NCBI GenBank assembly: GCA_964343085.1
Contig: CAYFIF010000001.1
Location: forward strand, 1-54,172
Length of the DNA: 54,172 nucleotides
Direction: 5' to 3'
DNA from: an uncultured bacterium
Lineage (GTDB): Bacteria; Fidelibacterota; Marinisomatia; Marinisomatales; UBA1611
In this document: positions 46,528-54,172 of the stretch, one piece after another
Layout of the letters: each line of letters begins with the position of its first letter
Numbering within the stretch: position 1 is the stretch's first letter
Program-made: the position numbers and the translations under genes
Notes under the pieces: model-generated
Database searches by the model: none
What the model saw: the letters and a program-made list of their open reading frames with translations, nothing else
Told to the model about the DNA's origin: nothing

Positions 46528-47838
46528 TTAGTCTATATTATCCAAAGTTAAAATTTGCTCCTTATTTTGTAATCGAGCTTCTTTCTTCTTATTAAATGAT
46601 AATATTATCATTCCATAAAATATTGTTCCAATTACATAAAGTAAACTGGTAATAAAAAATATTTTATAATATTCAAATCCGTTTTCTCGGAGGAATTGAA
46701 ACAGTTTTGCACTTATAAACCATGAGGCACTCCACAAACTTGAATTGAGTGCACTAATAAGCTCCTGATTTTTTTCTCCGACATAATTCATTGTTAATTC
46801 ATTAGCTGAAGGGTGTGCCATATGCATTAGTGGCTGCCGAAAAACATATGCAAGAATAGCTATAGACAAGCTAAGGTCATTAGTAGAAAATATTTCGGTA
46901 AAAGCCAAGGTTAAGAGGCAAACTATTGAACAAGATTGTACAAACACAATGGAGACCCAATAACCAAATTTATTTTTTATCGTTGGCACAAATAATGCAG
47001 TTACAAAAACAATGAAAGATGTTATGCTTCCAAGAAGACTGAAGCTGTCGCTATCGAGCTGGAAAATAGAATTAAAGAATAAATTAATAAAGGGGATGGT
47101 TAGACCTGCTCCTATTGATATGGCAACGTTAGGCGTTATTGCTTTCAATATTAGGTGCCAGTCATATGATTCTACGATTGAAGAAAATGAGTTGTAATTA
47201 ATTCTATCTGTTTTAGAACTGTGCTTTTCATTAATTGAAACTGAAAAGGGCAATGACAAAAAGCTTAATAATGAGATTATAGTTAGTAGGGTGTATTCAT
47301 TAAAGTAAAATATTAAATGAAATATTTTTAAGTCGCCTATTGATTGTAATCCACTTATTATAAGTCCACTAAACATCATTGCCAGCGACCATGTTGAAAA
47401 ACTTAGTGAAAGGGATTCGATACTATTTTTATTATTTGTATTTCTTAGAATGAACGGTAATGAGCATACATTCATAAGCATCATTGATATACCCCAACCA
47501 AAAAATCCAAAGGGAATTAATAATTTTAGATTTTTGTCAATCGCATTAATAAGGACAAGGCTAAAAGAGGGAACAAGAAATGATGATAGTATAAAAAAAG
47601 GTTTTAGGTTTCTTGATTTAATAAATATTCCGAATGGAAGAGCAAACATAAGAACTCCCAAAAAGCGTAGTGAATTATAATTTGCAATTTGAGGATCACT
47701 AAACCCTTTTTTTCTTAGATAGATATTTAATATTAATACAAATGCGACATGTATAATGTTTAAAAAAAATTGTACTGCAATAAGGGAATGAATTCGTTTC
47801 GGAAGGAGACTATATTTATTTAAAATTCTCTTTAGCAT
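46528..47838 (-). CDS. MFS-type transporter (about 12 TM)
   Basis: This is a highly hydrophobic polytopic ORF of about 436 aa. The ATG at 47838 is preferred over the TTG at 47844. The substrate is unknown. Confidence 0.6.
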   Translation of the reverse strand: MLKRILNKYSLLPKRIHSLIAVQFFLNIIHVAFVLILNIYLRKKGFSDPQIANYNSLRFLGVLMFALPFGIFIKSRNLKPFFILSSFLVPSFSLVLINAIDKNLKLLIPFGFFGWGISMMLMNVCSLPFILRNTNNKNSIESLSLSFSTWSLAMMFSGLIISGLQSIGDLKIFHLIFYFNEYTLLTIISLLSFLSLPFSVSINEKHSSKTDRINYNSFSSIVESYDWHLILKAITPNVAISIGAGLTIPFINLFFNSIFQLDSDSFSLLGSITSFIVFVTALFVPTIKNKFGYWVSIVFVQSCSIVCLLTLAFTEIFSTNDLSLSIAILAYVFRQPLMHMAHPSANELTMNYVGEKNQELISALNSSLWSASWFISAKLFQFLRENGFEYYKIFFITSLLYVIGTIFYGMIILSFNKKKEARLQNKEQILTLDNID

Positions 47839-47884
47839 AAGCAATTTTTAATTATAATTTGTAATTATAGATATATTGAATTAA

Positions 47885-49357
47885 ATGATTAAAAAACTAC
47901 CAACCTATATTACCTTTTTCCTTGCTTTCCTAATAGTTGCAATCGTTTCTTTTTTTCTACCAAAGGAAAATCTGAAAAAAGGTGTTTTGGTCAATGATAT
48001 TAGTCGGATGAATCCCACATATGTTAAAGAAATTGTCTCGGCCGACTCCATAGAAAAAATCCAAAATGTAGTAAAGCGCGCAAACAAAGAGAATTTAAAA
48101 GTATCTATGTCTGGGACCAGACACAGTCAAGGGGGACACGCCTTTTATGATGGAGCAATTCTTTTGGACATGACCGGCTTAAATAAAATAATCTCTCTAG
48201 ATACGGTAAGTAAAATTATTCATGTTCAGAGCGGTGTCACTTGGGCACAAATCCAAGAATATATTAACCCGCATAATCTAGCTGTTCGTGCCATGCAATC
48301 CTCTAATATTTTCACTGTTGGTGGTTCTATGAGTAGTAATGTACATGGCAGAGATCCGAGGAATAGTTTGATTGTTGAAACGATAGAAGACTTTCGTTTG
48401 ATTCTAGCAACTGGTGAATTAATCAATGTCAGTCGAAATGAAAATAAAGAGCTATTCAGCCTTGTAATAGGAGGATACGGGTTATTTGGTATAATCACGG
48501 ATGTGAGGATAAGATTAAAGAAAAATAACATTCTTGAGAAGCAGGCATTGTTATTGGACTATAAAGATTTCCCAGAGTTTTTTAGGAACAATATTATGGG
48601 CGACCCTAAGGTTGAACTCTTTATTGCCCGGCCATCAATTTCGTCTAATTCATTTCTACGAGAGACTATTGTTAATTTGTGGAAGACTTCCGATATAAAA
48701 AAAGATACTGATGATAAAATATATGATTTATTAGGAGAGGAAAATGTTTTTCGGGATAAATTTTTCTTTTCATTATCTAGAGAATATGATCTAGGTAAAG
48801 ATATAAGATGGTATCTACAAAAAAAACTGGTGGCTCAGGTAAATAAAAAATATTTTCTGACTAGAAATAATTCGATGAGGCCACCTACAGCTCCTTTGAA
48901 ATTTTTGGATCATATTTCTCCCTATGATAGCGATATAATACAAGAATATTTTATTCCGATCGATAATTTTGTTTCTTTCCTAGATGGTTTGCGTGTGATT
49001 TTAACCGAGCAAAATGTAAACCTGTTAGGTGTTACAATTCGCTATGTACCAAAAAATAGTGAAACTTTTTTAACCTATGGTAAAAAGGAAGCTTTCTCTG
49101 TCGTTGTTTATTCAAACCAGGAATTGTCTGATCAAGGACTAGAGAAAGCAAAAAAGATGACTATGTCATTGGTTGATCTTGCGCTAGATAATGGTGGTAT
49201 TTACTATTTGACCTATCAAAAGTTTTATACTAAAGACCAAATGAAATCTGCATACCCGGAGATAGATCAGTTTTTTGCTAAAAAACTAAAATATGATCCT
49301 AAAGAACTGTTTATAAATAAATTCTATAACTATTACTCAAATCAGAAAAAACTATGA
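47885..49357 (+). CDS. Membrane-anchored FAD-binding (PCMH/FAD_binding_4 type) oxidoreductase
   Basis: It has an N-terminal TM segment. Motifs are VSMSGTRHSQGGHAF, VQSGVTWAQIQEY and GGSMSSNVHGRD. The C-terminal half resembles ALO/berberine-type oxidase domains. Confidence 0.7.
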   Translation: MIKKLPTYITFFLAFLIVAIVSFFLPKENLKKGVLVNDISRMNPTYVKEIVSADSIEKIQNVVKRANKENLKVSMSGTRHSQGGHAFYDGAILLDMTGLNKIISLDTVSKIIHVQSGVTWAQIQEYINPHNLAVRAMQSSNIFTVGGSMSSNVHGRDPRNSLIVETIEDFRLILATGELINVSRNENKELFSLVIGGYGLFGIITDVRIRLKKNNILEKQALLLDYKDFPEFFRNNIMGDPKVELFIARPSISSNSFLRETIVNLWKTSDIKKDTDDKIYDLLGEENVFRDKFFFSLSREYDLGKDIRWYLQKKLVAQVNKKYFLTRNNSMRPPTAPLKFLDHISPYDSDIIQEYFIPIDNFVSFLDGLRVILTEQNVNLLGVTIRYVPKNSETFLTYGKKEAFSVVVYSNQELSDQGLEKAKKMTMSLVDLALDNGGIYYLTYQKFYTKDQMKSAYPEIDQFFAKKLKYDPKELFINKFYNYYSNQKKL

Positions 49358-50253
49358 AAAAATCAATAATCTTGTTTATTTCCTTTTTTATATTGATCTC
49401 GGTATTGATTTATCGACCAAACTATAAAAATGTTAACAATGTACCTGATTCAGAATTACTTGTAATCGCCCACAGAGGATTTGGTAATTATGCTCCTGAC
49501 AATAGTAAATCTGCTGTAAAGATAGCCATATCTTCGGGGATGGATGGTGTAGACTTAGATGGGCAAATGACAGCTGATGGGGAGTTAGTTATTTTTCATG
49601 ATCCTAAAGTAGATCGTTTGACCAATGGAAGTGGCCCTCTCAAGGAGAAAACACTCTCTGAGCTTAGGCAACTTGATATGGGATATAAATTTGATGAAAA
49701 ATATACGGGTGAAAAAATTTCTACTTATGAAGAAATACTCCAACTTGTTGATGGCAGGTTGATTGTTTTTGTTGAGCTAAAGGTTAGCACGGTTGAGAGC
49801 GATGGGAGTGAAGAGCTTGCCGCGAGCCTGATTAAAAAATATAATGCCTACGATTGGGCATATCTAAGTTCTTTTAATCCAGTGGTTCTTTGGAGATTAA
49901 AAAAAATAGATCCTAAAATAAAGACAATGTTTATTTTTAAAGATATCGATGTTGATCCAGAAATATTGAAGGAAATACACCCTACTGATTCTAAAGGTAT
50001 CCCATGGGTTTTGCGGAATGAATTTTGCAGAAATTTGATGCGCAGATTAATTAAACCTGATCTTCTTAGTGCTGAAATCACTGTTAACAAGGGAACAGTT
50101 AGAAATTTAATTAAAAAAGGTTACCCTGTCTTTCTATGGCCACCAAATAACAAAAAAGAAATTGTTGACAGCATAAATGAAAGTCCTTACGGTATAATTA
50201 CGGATGAGCCTGAACTAACGATATCTTTGATTAAAGAGAGTGACGCTAAATAG
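49354..50253 (+). CDS. Glycerophosphodiester phosphodiesterase (GDPD) family protein, membrane anchored
   Basis: An ATGA overlap joins it to the upstream gene. Motifs are VIAHRGF..APDNS, DGVDLDGQMTADGELVIFHDPKVDRLTNGSG and VFVELK. Confidence 0.85.
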   Translation: MKKSIILFISFFILISVLIYRPNYKNVNNVPDSELLVIAHRGFGNYAPDNSKSAVKIAISSGMDGVDLDGQMTADGELVIFHDPKVDRLTNGSGPLKEKTLSELRQLDMGYKFDEKYTGEKISTYEEILQLVDGRLIVFVELKVSTVESDGSEELAASLIKKYNAYDWAYLSSFNPVVLWRLKKIDPKIKTMFIFKDIDVDPEILKEIHPTDSKGIPWVLRNEFCRNLMRRLIKPDLLSAEITVNKGTVRNLIKKGYPVFLWPPNNKKEIVDSINESPYGIITDEPELTISLIKESDAK

Positions 50254-50255
50254 CT

Positions 50256-50537
50256 TTAGGCAGCGAACCAGAGCGCAAGCAAAAAAATGTAATAACAGGC
50301 ATCGAGACTCTTTCCAATGTTTTTTTGTCTTTTTGCCTGAATATATTCTTCTCTCTTTTCATCACTGTACCGTTCACATTCTTTTGACATAATTTTCCAA
50401 TACTCAAACTCACGCTCAGTGAGGTCATGAATATCAGAGACTTCTATTTTATCAAAAATAGGGTCCTCGCATGGATTTGGATTTTGCGCGTATGCAATTC
50501 CGATGAAAAATAATATAGTAATAATTGTTTTCAGCAT
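50256..50537 (-). CDS. Small hypothetical protein with a signal peptide and a C-terminal TM anchor
   Basis: 93 aa. The N-terminus is MLKTIITILFFIGIAYAQ and the C-terminus is YYIFLLALWFAA. The middle is charged and contains three Cys. No homology was recognised. Confidence 0.3.
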   Translation of the reverse strand: MLKTIITILFFIGIAYAQNPNPCEDPIFDKIEVSDIHDLTEREFEYWKIMSKECERYSDEKREEYIQAKRQKNIGKSLDACYYIFLLALWFAA

Positions 50538-50640
50538 CTGATAAATTTAAATATTTCCTTTAAAATTAGGCTTTGTAATGTAATAAAAAAAAGTAATTGA
50601 AATAATTTATTTTAGACCTAAGAATTTAACCTTTTTTTTC

Positions 50641-51237
50641 TTAATTAAATCTCCAGTTGTACTGTTTTGAACAGGTATTTAAACCAGAGAATTTGTTTTC
50701 AATGAAATAGTAACTATAAAATATTAAGGGAGCATAGACTAAGTTTCCAACTAGGGTGCCTTTTATAAAAGGAATACCAGCTGCATAACAGCTGATAAGA
50801 CCTAAAAAATTTTTATCATAAAAAGTACCAGAGGCCCAAACCCCAAAATTAGAAATAAGAAAGAAGATAATACTCGATCCGATAGCACCACTCACTAATC
50901 GGGTTGGATTAATTTTTCTTTTGAAAAGAATTAATCCAAATAGAGCAATAAAAAAATAGCCTAGATATTGCCAGTGAAAGCCCTTGTAGAACCAAATAAA
51001 ATCAGATCCTTGTGGATTGTATATGTAATTATTTAAATAGAGATCACTTAACCAGGTTGAAAAAATTGGAACTGAGAAAGCTTGCCACTTTCGATAAAAA
51101 TGTGCAGCACCAAATAAGCATATTGCTCCAAGAGGCGAAAAATTTGGTATGTGCGGAATTATTCTTGAAAAAGCAAGAACAAGGATCAAGAATGACAGAA
51201 CTATTGGTTGGATAACTAGTCTAGGATTTGGACTCAT
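50641..51237 (-). CDS. DUF6580-like polytopic membrane protein (putative transporter component)
   Basis: RIIPHIPNFSPLGAICLFGAAHF..AFSVPIFSTWLSDLYLN matches my recollection of the DUF6580 N-terminal signature. 198 aa with about 5-6 TM segments. Confidence 0.5.
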   Translation of the reverse strand: MSPNPRLVIQPIVLSFLILVLAFSRIIPHIPNFSPLGAICLFGAAHFYRKWQAFSVPIFSTWLSDLYLNNYIYNPQGSDFIWFYKGFHWQYLGYFFIALFGLILFKRKINPTRLVSGAIGSSIIFFLISNFGVWASGTFYDKNFLGLISCYAAGIPFIKGTLVGNLVYAPLIFYSYYFIENKFSGLNTCSKQYNWRFN

Positions 51238-51419
51238 TACTTTTCTACTAAAATAAATTTAATCTTCAGATTGTATAATTGTTTTTCTATCAACTTTAAT
51301 TTACAAATTTGTTTTATTTCATTGGTAGAAATATAATAAGAGTTTCAATTTTTTTTGTTGCCAGTTTGAATTTTGAGAGGAAATATTTTAATTTTTATTA
51401 ACATATAAAATAAATAAAG

Positions 51420-51446
51420 TCAAAAAAACGATCAAAACGCTCAAAA
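51420..51446 (+). promoter_or_regulatory. Copy 1 of a shared upstream motif (GATCAAAACGCTCAAAA with TCAAAA direct repeats)
   Basis: GATCAAAACGCTCAAAA at 51430-51446 is identical to 53193-53209. TCAAAA occurs at 51420, 51432 and 51441. The motif ends 57 nt before ATG 51504. Confidence 0.4.
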
Positions 51447-51503
51447 ATGTGTTGCGTCCTATATTCATTGTTAACTAACATTAGTCATAACGAAGGAGCA
51501 AAA

Positions 51504-51776
51504 ATGAATATTTTAGAATCAATAGCACAGGGAACTGACAAAGTTCAAATTGTAGATGATAAGCATAGCAGCTACAACTTTGATGCGAAAAAAGCTGACA
51601 ATGATTTAAAGGCATGTCCTGAATGCAAAATGGTCTGGCAAATTCGCGAGTTTAATGATACAGTAGAATTCAAATATTATGACAGTGTGCCTAGCTATGG
51701 GAAAGTCAAAAAAGTATGTCCGCGCTGTAAAATTAGGATGAAAAATAAATACTATACAAACTCCGAAGTCTGTTAG
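51504..51776 (+). CDS. Small zinc-ribbon protein (two CxxC pairs), unknown function
   Basis: An AAGGAG SD lies 5 nt before ATG 51504 (MNILESIAQG). It has CPECK and CPRCK pairs. The track start at 51447 lacks an SD and directly abuts the upstream motif. Confidence 0.5.
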   Translation: MNILESIAQGTDKVQIVDDKHSSYNFDAKKADNDLKACPECKMVWQIREFNDTVEFKYYDSVPSYGKVKKVCPRCKIRMKNKYYTNSEVC

Positions 51777-51788
51777 AGCTTGTCTAAA

Positions 51789-52085
51789 ATGTATTTAGAT
51801 CATATTGCGGTAGTCTCTAAAGATCTTTCAAGGGATGTTAAATGGTACAAAGATAAATTTGAATGTAATGTTAGGTACCAAGACAGTACCTGGGCCTTAA
51901 TAGCGTTCGATAATGTATCGCTTGCTCTTGTTAATGAAAAAGAGCATCCAACGCATTTCGCTCTTGTGGATCCGGGAGTTAAAGAAAATCAAAAAGTTAA
52001 ACAGCATAGAGACGGCATATTTTATATCTACGAACGAGATCCTAGCGGAAACGTAGTAGAGATTATAGATAGAAATTCAAATTAA
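51789..52085 (+). CDS. VOC (glyoxalase/bleomycin-resistance/dioxygenase) family protein
   Basis: MYLDHIAVVSKDL..WYKDKF..HPTHFALV..DPSGNVVEII shows the typical single-module VOC pattern. The ATG at 51789 is preferred over the TTG at 51780. Confidence 0.75.
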   Translation: MYLDHIAVVSKDLSRDVKWYKDKFECNVRYQDSTWALIAFDNVSLALVNEKEHPTHFALVDPGVKENQKVKQHRDGIFYIYERDPSGNVVEIIDRNSN

Positions 52086-52111
52086 TTAACCCCAAAAAGT
52101 TAGGAGCTTAA

Positions 52112-52432
52112 ATGAAAAAACCAGCAACCAGAAAAAATAGAATGAAAAGTTCACCATGGATAGAAACTAAGTGGACAAAAAGTTCAAAATCACTAGGTGA
52201 GTACATTTTTAGACGACTCTCTATTGATCAGTCAAATAAAGATTATAATCGTATCAGACCCCGGCACATAATGAGCAAACTAATAGTGCAGTCAAAAGAA
52301 ATAGACAAGTATATCGCAGATTACTTATCCCTCCAAGATTCAAGAAGGTCAAATGTCGTTAATTCAGCAAAGCTGGAATCAGATTTGAAGAATAGTTTTA
52401 TAAATACCGACAATTTCCCAACGTCTTATTAG
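52112..52432 (+). CDS. Hypothetical basic protein
   Basis: 106 aa and Lys/Arg-rich. A good SD (AGGAG) precedes ATG 52112. No motif was recognised. Confidence 0.4.
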   Translation: MKKPATRKNRMKSSPWIETKWTKSSKSLGEYIFRRLSIDQSNKDYNRIRPRHIMSKLIVQSKEIDKYIADYLSLQDSRRSNVVNSAKLESDLKNSFINTDNFPTSY

Positions 52433-52436
52433 TGAA

Positions 52437-53027
52437 ATGTTAAAAGGCTTAGATTGGAGAAAAATTATGCTTGCAGGAATAGTAACAGCAGTCTCTGGAG
52501 CAGCAGTCATGTTGTTCGGAAAGAGTACTAAAATGCCTACGAAGAAAGTTGTCCCAAGAAATTCTTTTTATAAAATAAATGTTAGAGATATTAATGGTGA
52601 TATTTTTAATCTTAAAAAATACGCCGGCAAAAAGATATTGATCGTTAATGTTGCTAGTAAATGTGGATACACTGGTCAGTACAGTGATCTTCAAAAGTTG
52701 TATAGTCAGTACAATGATAAATTGGAAGTGATTGCTGTTCCTTGTAATGATTTTGGAAGGCAAGAACCAGGAGCTCCATCTGAAATCTCTGACTTCTGTG
52801 AAGTTAACTATGGAGTCACATTTCCCATTCTAGAAAAATCTAATATTAAATCAGATCCTAAAAGTGAGCTTTACGATTGGTTAACTGATGATGAAAAAAA
52901 TGGGTGGAACAATAGTGCACCCTCTTGGAATTTTTGTAAGTATCTCATCGATGAGCACGGAAATTTAATAAGGTTTTTTCGAAGTGGCGTGGGCCCTATG
53001 AGCAAGGATATTCTATCACTTCTGTAA
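52437..53027 (+). CDS. gpx: Glutathione peroxidase family protein (Cys-type) with an N-terminal membrane anchor
   Basis: Motifs are NVASKCGYT (the catalytic Cys is a TGT codon at 52662-52664), VPCNDFGRQEPG and WNFCKYLID. The N-terminal hydrophobic segment is MLAGIVTAVSGAAVMLFG. Confidence 0.9.
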   Translation: MLKGLDWRKIMLAGIVTAVSGAAVMLFGKSTKMPTKKVVPRNSFYKINVRDINGDIFNLKKYAGKKILIVNVASKCGYTGQYSDLQKLYSQYNDKLEVIAVPCNDFGRQEPGAPSEISDFCEVNYGVTFPILEKSNIKSDPKSELYDWLTDDEKNGWNNSAPSWNFCKYLIDEHGNLIRFFRSGVGPMSKDILSLL

Positions 53028-53063
53028 TTGTTTTAAGTAGTTGTTTAAGTATCGTGTTTGGAG

Positions 53064-53108
53064 AGGGAGGAGGATTATGGCGTTTTCCTTTTTGATTTCC
53101 TCCTCCCT
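53064..53108 (+). terminator. Probable rho-independent terminator (11-bp perfect stem, 23-nt loop)
   Basis: AGGGAGGAGGA (53064-53074) pairs with TCCTCCTCCCT (53098-53108). An A/T-rich tail with T-runs follows. The hairpin starts 37 nt after the gpx stop. Confidence 0.55.
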
Positions 53109-53192
53109 AGTATTTTAAAAATATTTTTTTAAGACAGGAATTAATTTAAAATTAGAGTCAAATCAAAAATTTTATGTTTTATTTGAAAAAAA

Positions 53193-53209
53193 GATCAAAA
53201 CGCTCAAAA
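53193..53209 (+). promoter_or_regulatory. Copy 2 of the shared upstream motif GATCAAAACGCTCAAAA
   Basis: This 17-mer is identical to 51430-51446, and the flanks also match (aaaaaaa.GATCAAAACGCTCAAAA.t). It ends 40 nt before ATG 53250 of the LitR/CarH-like regulator. Confidence 0.4.
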
Positions 53210-53249
53210 TTAGATACTGTTCTTTACAAATTCTGGAGTACATTCTAGT

Positions 53250-54131
53250 ATGAGATATCTTAACTCTAACGATGTTGCCGATATTTTGGGCATCAATATA
53301 TCAACCCTGAAGCGGTGGACGGAAAATGGAACTATCTCTTGTAAAAAAACCTCTGGTGGTCACAGGAAATTTACGATGTCGGATATTAGAGAATATTACA
53401 AGAATAACAAAAAGTCTGGAAAAAGTTTTGGTTTTGGTATTGAAAACTTGACTCATAAAAATGTATATAACTACCTCAGTTGCAGAGATTATCCAAAGTT
53501 AATCAGTTTTTTGGTAGATGCCAGTATAGAAGCTGATGAAACGGGTGTAAGTACTCTGATAAACGGTGCATATATGAAAAATATGCCAGTAGATGTAATA
53601 TTTGATGAAATTGTAGAACCTGCAAGCGATATAGTGGAAGAGGCCTTACAAAAAAAAAGCATAACACATCTTGATGCATACATTAGCCGTAAGCTAATAA
53701 CCAGAATCGTAGAAGGGATTAACCAGAATAGGCCTAATAATAAATCTAATAGAAAAGTGGCATTGTGTATTAACTTTGAAGACAATCTTCCGGATCTAGG
53801 AGTTGTTATGTCTGAAGTAGTATTACGCCATTTTGGTTACAATACATACAATGCAGGCTCTCACGCAGAAATCGGTGATTTGCATAGTGTCTTAGAAAAA
53901 AAATCTGTTGATGTGATTTTATTTTTCCTTTGTGATAGGCAGTGTTGCATGGCCTCAGCCGGTGATAATTTGACCAAAACCAGCAAGCAAATAGCATCCA
54001 TAATCGAGTCCGTTATTGATTATAATGTGAAAACTATTTTTGGCGGCAGAGGATTAAATCTTTTTCCCCAATTAAATGGTAAAATCGATAGTACTTTTTT
54101 TACCTTTTCTCAATTAAAAAAAATCCTTTAA
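53250..54131 (+). CDS. MerR-type HTH regulator fused to a B12-binding-like domain (LitR/CarH-like), lacking the canonical cobalamin ligand motifs
   Basis: The N-terminal MerR/excisionase-type HTH is LNSNDVADILGINISTLKRWTENG..GGHRKF. The C-terminal Rossmann-like B12-binding fold reads KVALCINFEDNLPDLGVVMSEVVLRHFGYNTYNAG..VDVILFF. Where DxHxxG is expected the sequence is EDNLPDLG, with no His. Confidence 0.65.
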   Translation: MRYLNSNDVADILGINISTLKRWTENGTISCKKTSGGHRKFTMSDIREYYKNNKKSGKSFGFGIENLTHKNVYNYLSCRDYPKLISFLVDASIEADETGVSTLINGAYMKNMPVDVIFDEIVEPASDIVEEALQKKSITHLDAYISRKLITRIVEGINQNRPNNKSNRKVALCINFEDNLPDLGVVMSEVVLRHFGYNTYNAGSHAEIGDLHSVLEKKSVDVILFFLCDRQCCMASAGDNLTKTSKQIASIIESVIDYNVKTIFGGRGLNLFPQLNGKIDSTFFTFSQLKKIL

Positions 54132-54172
54132 CAAATTCCTGACCTATTAAAATAAGTTACCGCCGTGGAATA

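Noticed and set aside
51238-51446. A cobalamin riboswitch might sit upstream of the DUF6580-like membrane gene, since this family is often B12-linked.
   Set aside because: The 209-nt leader is almost pure A/T. It has no GC-rich paired elements and no B12-box-like sequence.
52662-52664. The glutathione peroxidase active site might use selenocysteine (an in-frame TGA).
   Set aside because: The active-site codon is TGT (Cys) in NVASKCGYT. There is no in-frame TGA and no SECIS-like hairpin is needed.
53077-53118. A 13-codon mini-ORF (MAFSFLISSSLVF) is preceded by a GGGAGGAGGA purine tract and lies inside the hairpin downstream of gpx.
   Set aside because: The purine tract is one arm of an 11-bp terminator-like stem. 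The ORF is most simply a by-product of the TCC-rich complementary arm. There is no independent support for translation.
1-54172. I searched for CRISPR arrays, tRNA/rRNA genes, IS elements or integrases, prophage genes and known defence-system signatures (restriction-modification, toxin-antitoxin, nuclease/helicase/STAND NTPase pairs).
   Set aside because: None was seen. Every ORF over about 90 aa is accounted for by catabolic, transport, envelope or housekeeping-type products. Intergenic regions are short and AT-rich, with no repeat-spacer periodicity and no cloverleaf-capable GC-rich segments.

Overview
This is a gene-dense, low-GC bacterial window. I saw no rRNA, tRNA, CRISPR array, transposase or integrase. 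All family calls rest on motifs I read in the translations, since no database search was possible.

Positions 1-42422 form one large storage-glucan utilisation island.

(a) A roughly 19 kb minus-strand operon contains:
- a LacI-family regulator
- a PA14-GH16 laminarinase lipoprotein
- an Opp/Dpp-type ABC importer (family-5 binding protein, two permeases, fused double ATPase)
- GH1 and GH30 enzymes
- a 1134-aa putative glucan phosphorylase that resembles the GH94 superfamily
- a GH5 enzyme
- an edge-truncated CotH-family gene that is absent from the ORF track

(b) A divergent plus-strand set contains:
- a monocistronic 1008-aa multi-CBM protein
- a TonB-dependent receptor with no SusD partner, translationally coupled to a 1156-aa orphan protein and a PorV/PorQ-like barrel
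- a SurA-like lipoprotein
- two GH16 enzymes and a GH5-CBM6 enzyme

(c) Two GH13 lipoproteins and a second CotH gene follow.

Five proteins carry canonical T9SS type-A C-terminal domains, and the 1156-aa orphan carries a divergent one. Some genes have Shine-Dalgarno sites and there is no SusD. I infer an FCB-group, non-Bacteroidota marine lineage, possibly Marinimicrobia- or Ignavibacteria-like.

Positions 42428-54172 hold:
- a four-gene operon (His-rich membrane protein, YceI-like protein, TAT-exported Rieske-like protein, OB-fold protein)
- a lipase-like hydrolase, PPK2, an MFS transporter, an FAD-oxidoreductase/GDPD pair and a DUF6580-like membrane protein
- a small antioxidant operon and a LitR/CarH-like regulator, both preceded by the same 17-nt motif

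The best candidate for an undescribed system is the receptor / 1156-aa protein / PorV-like module at 22453-31255.
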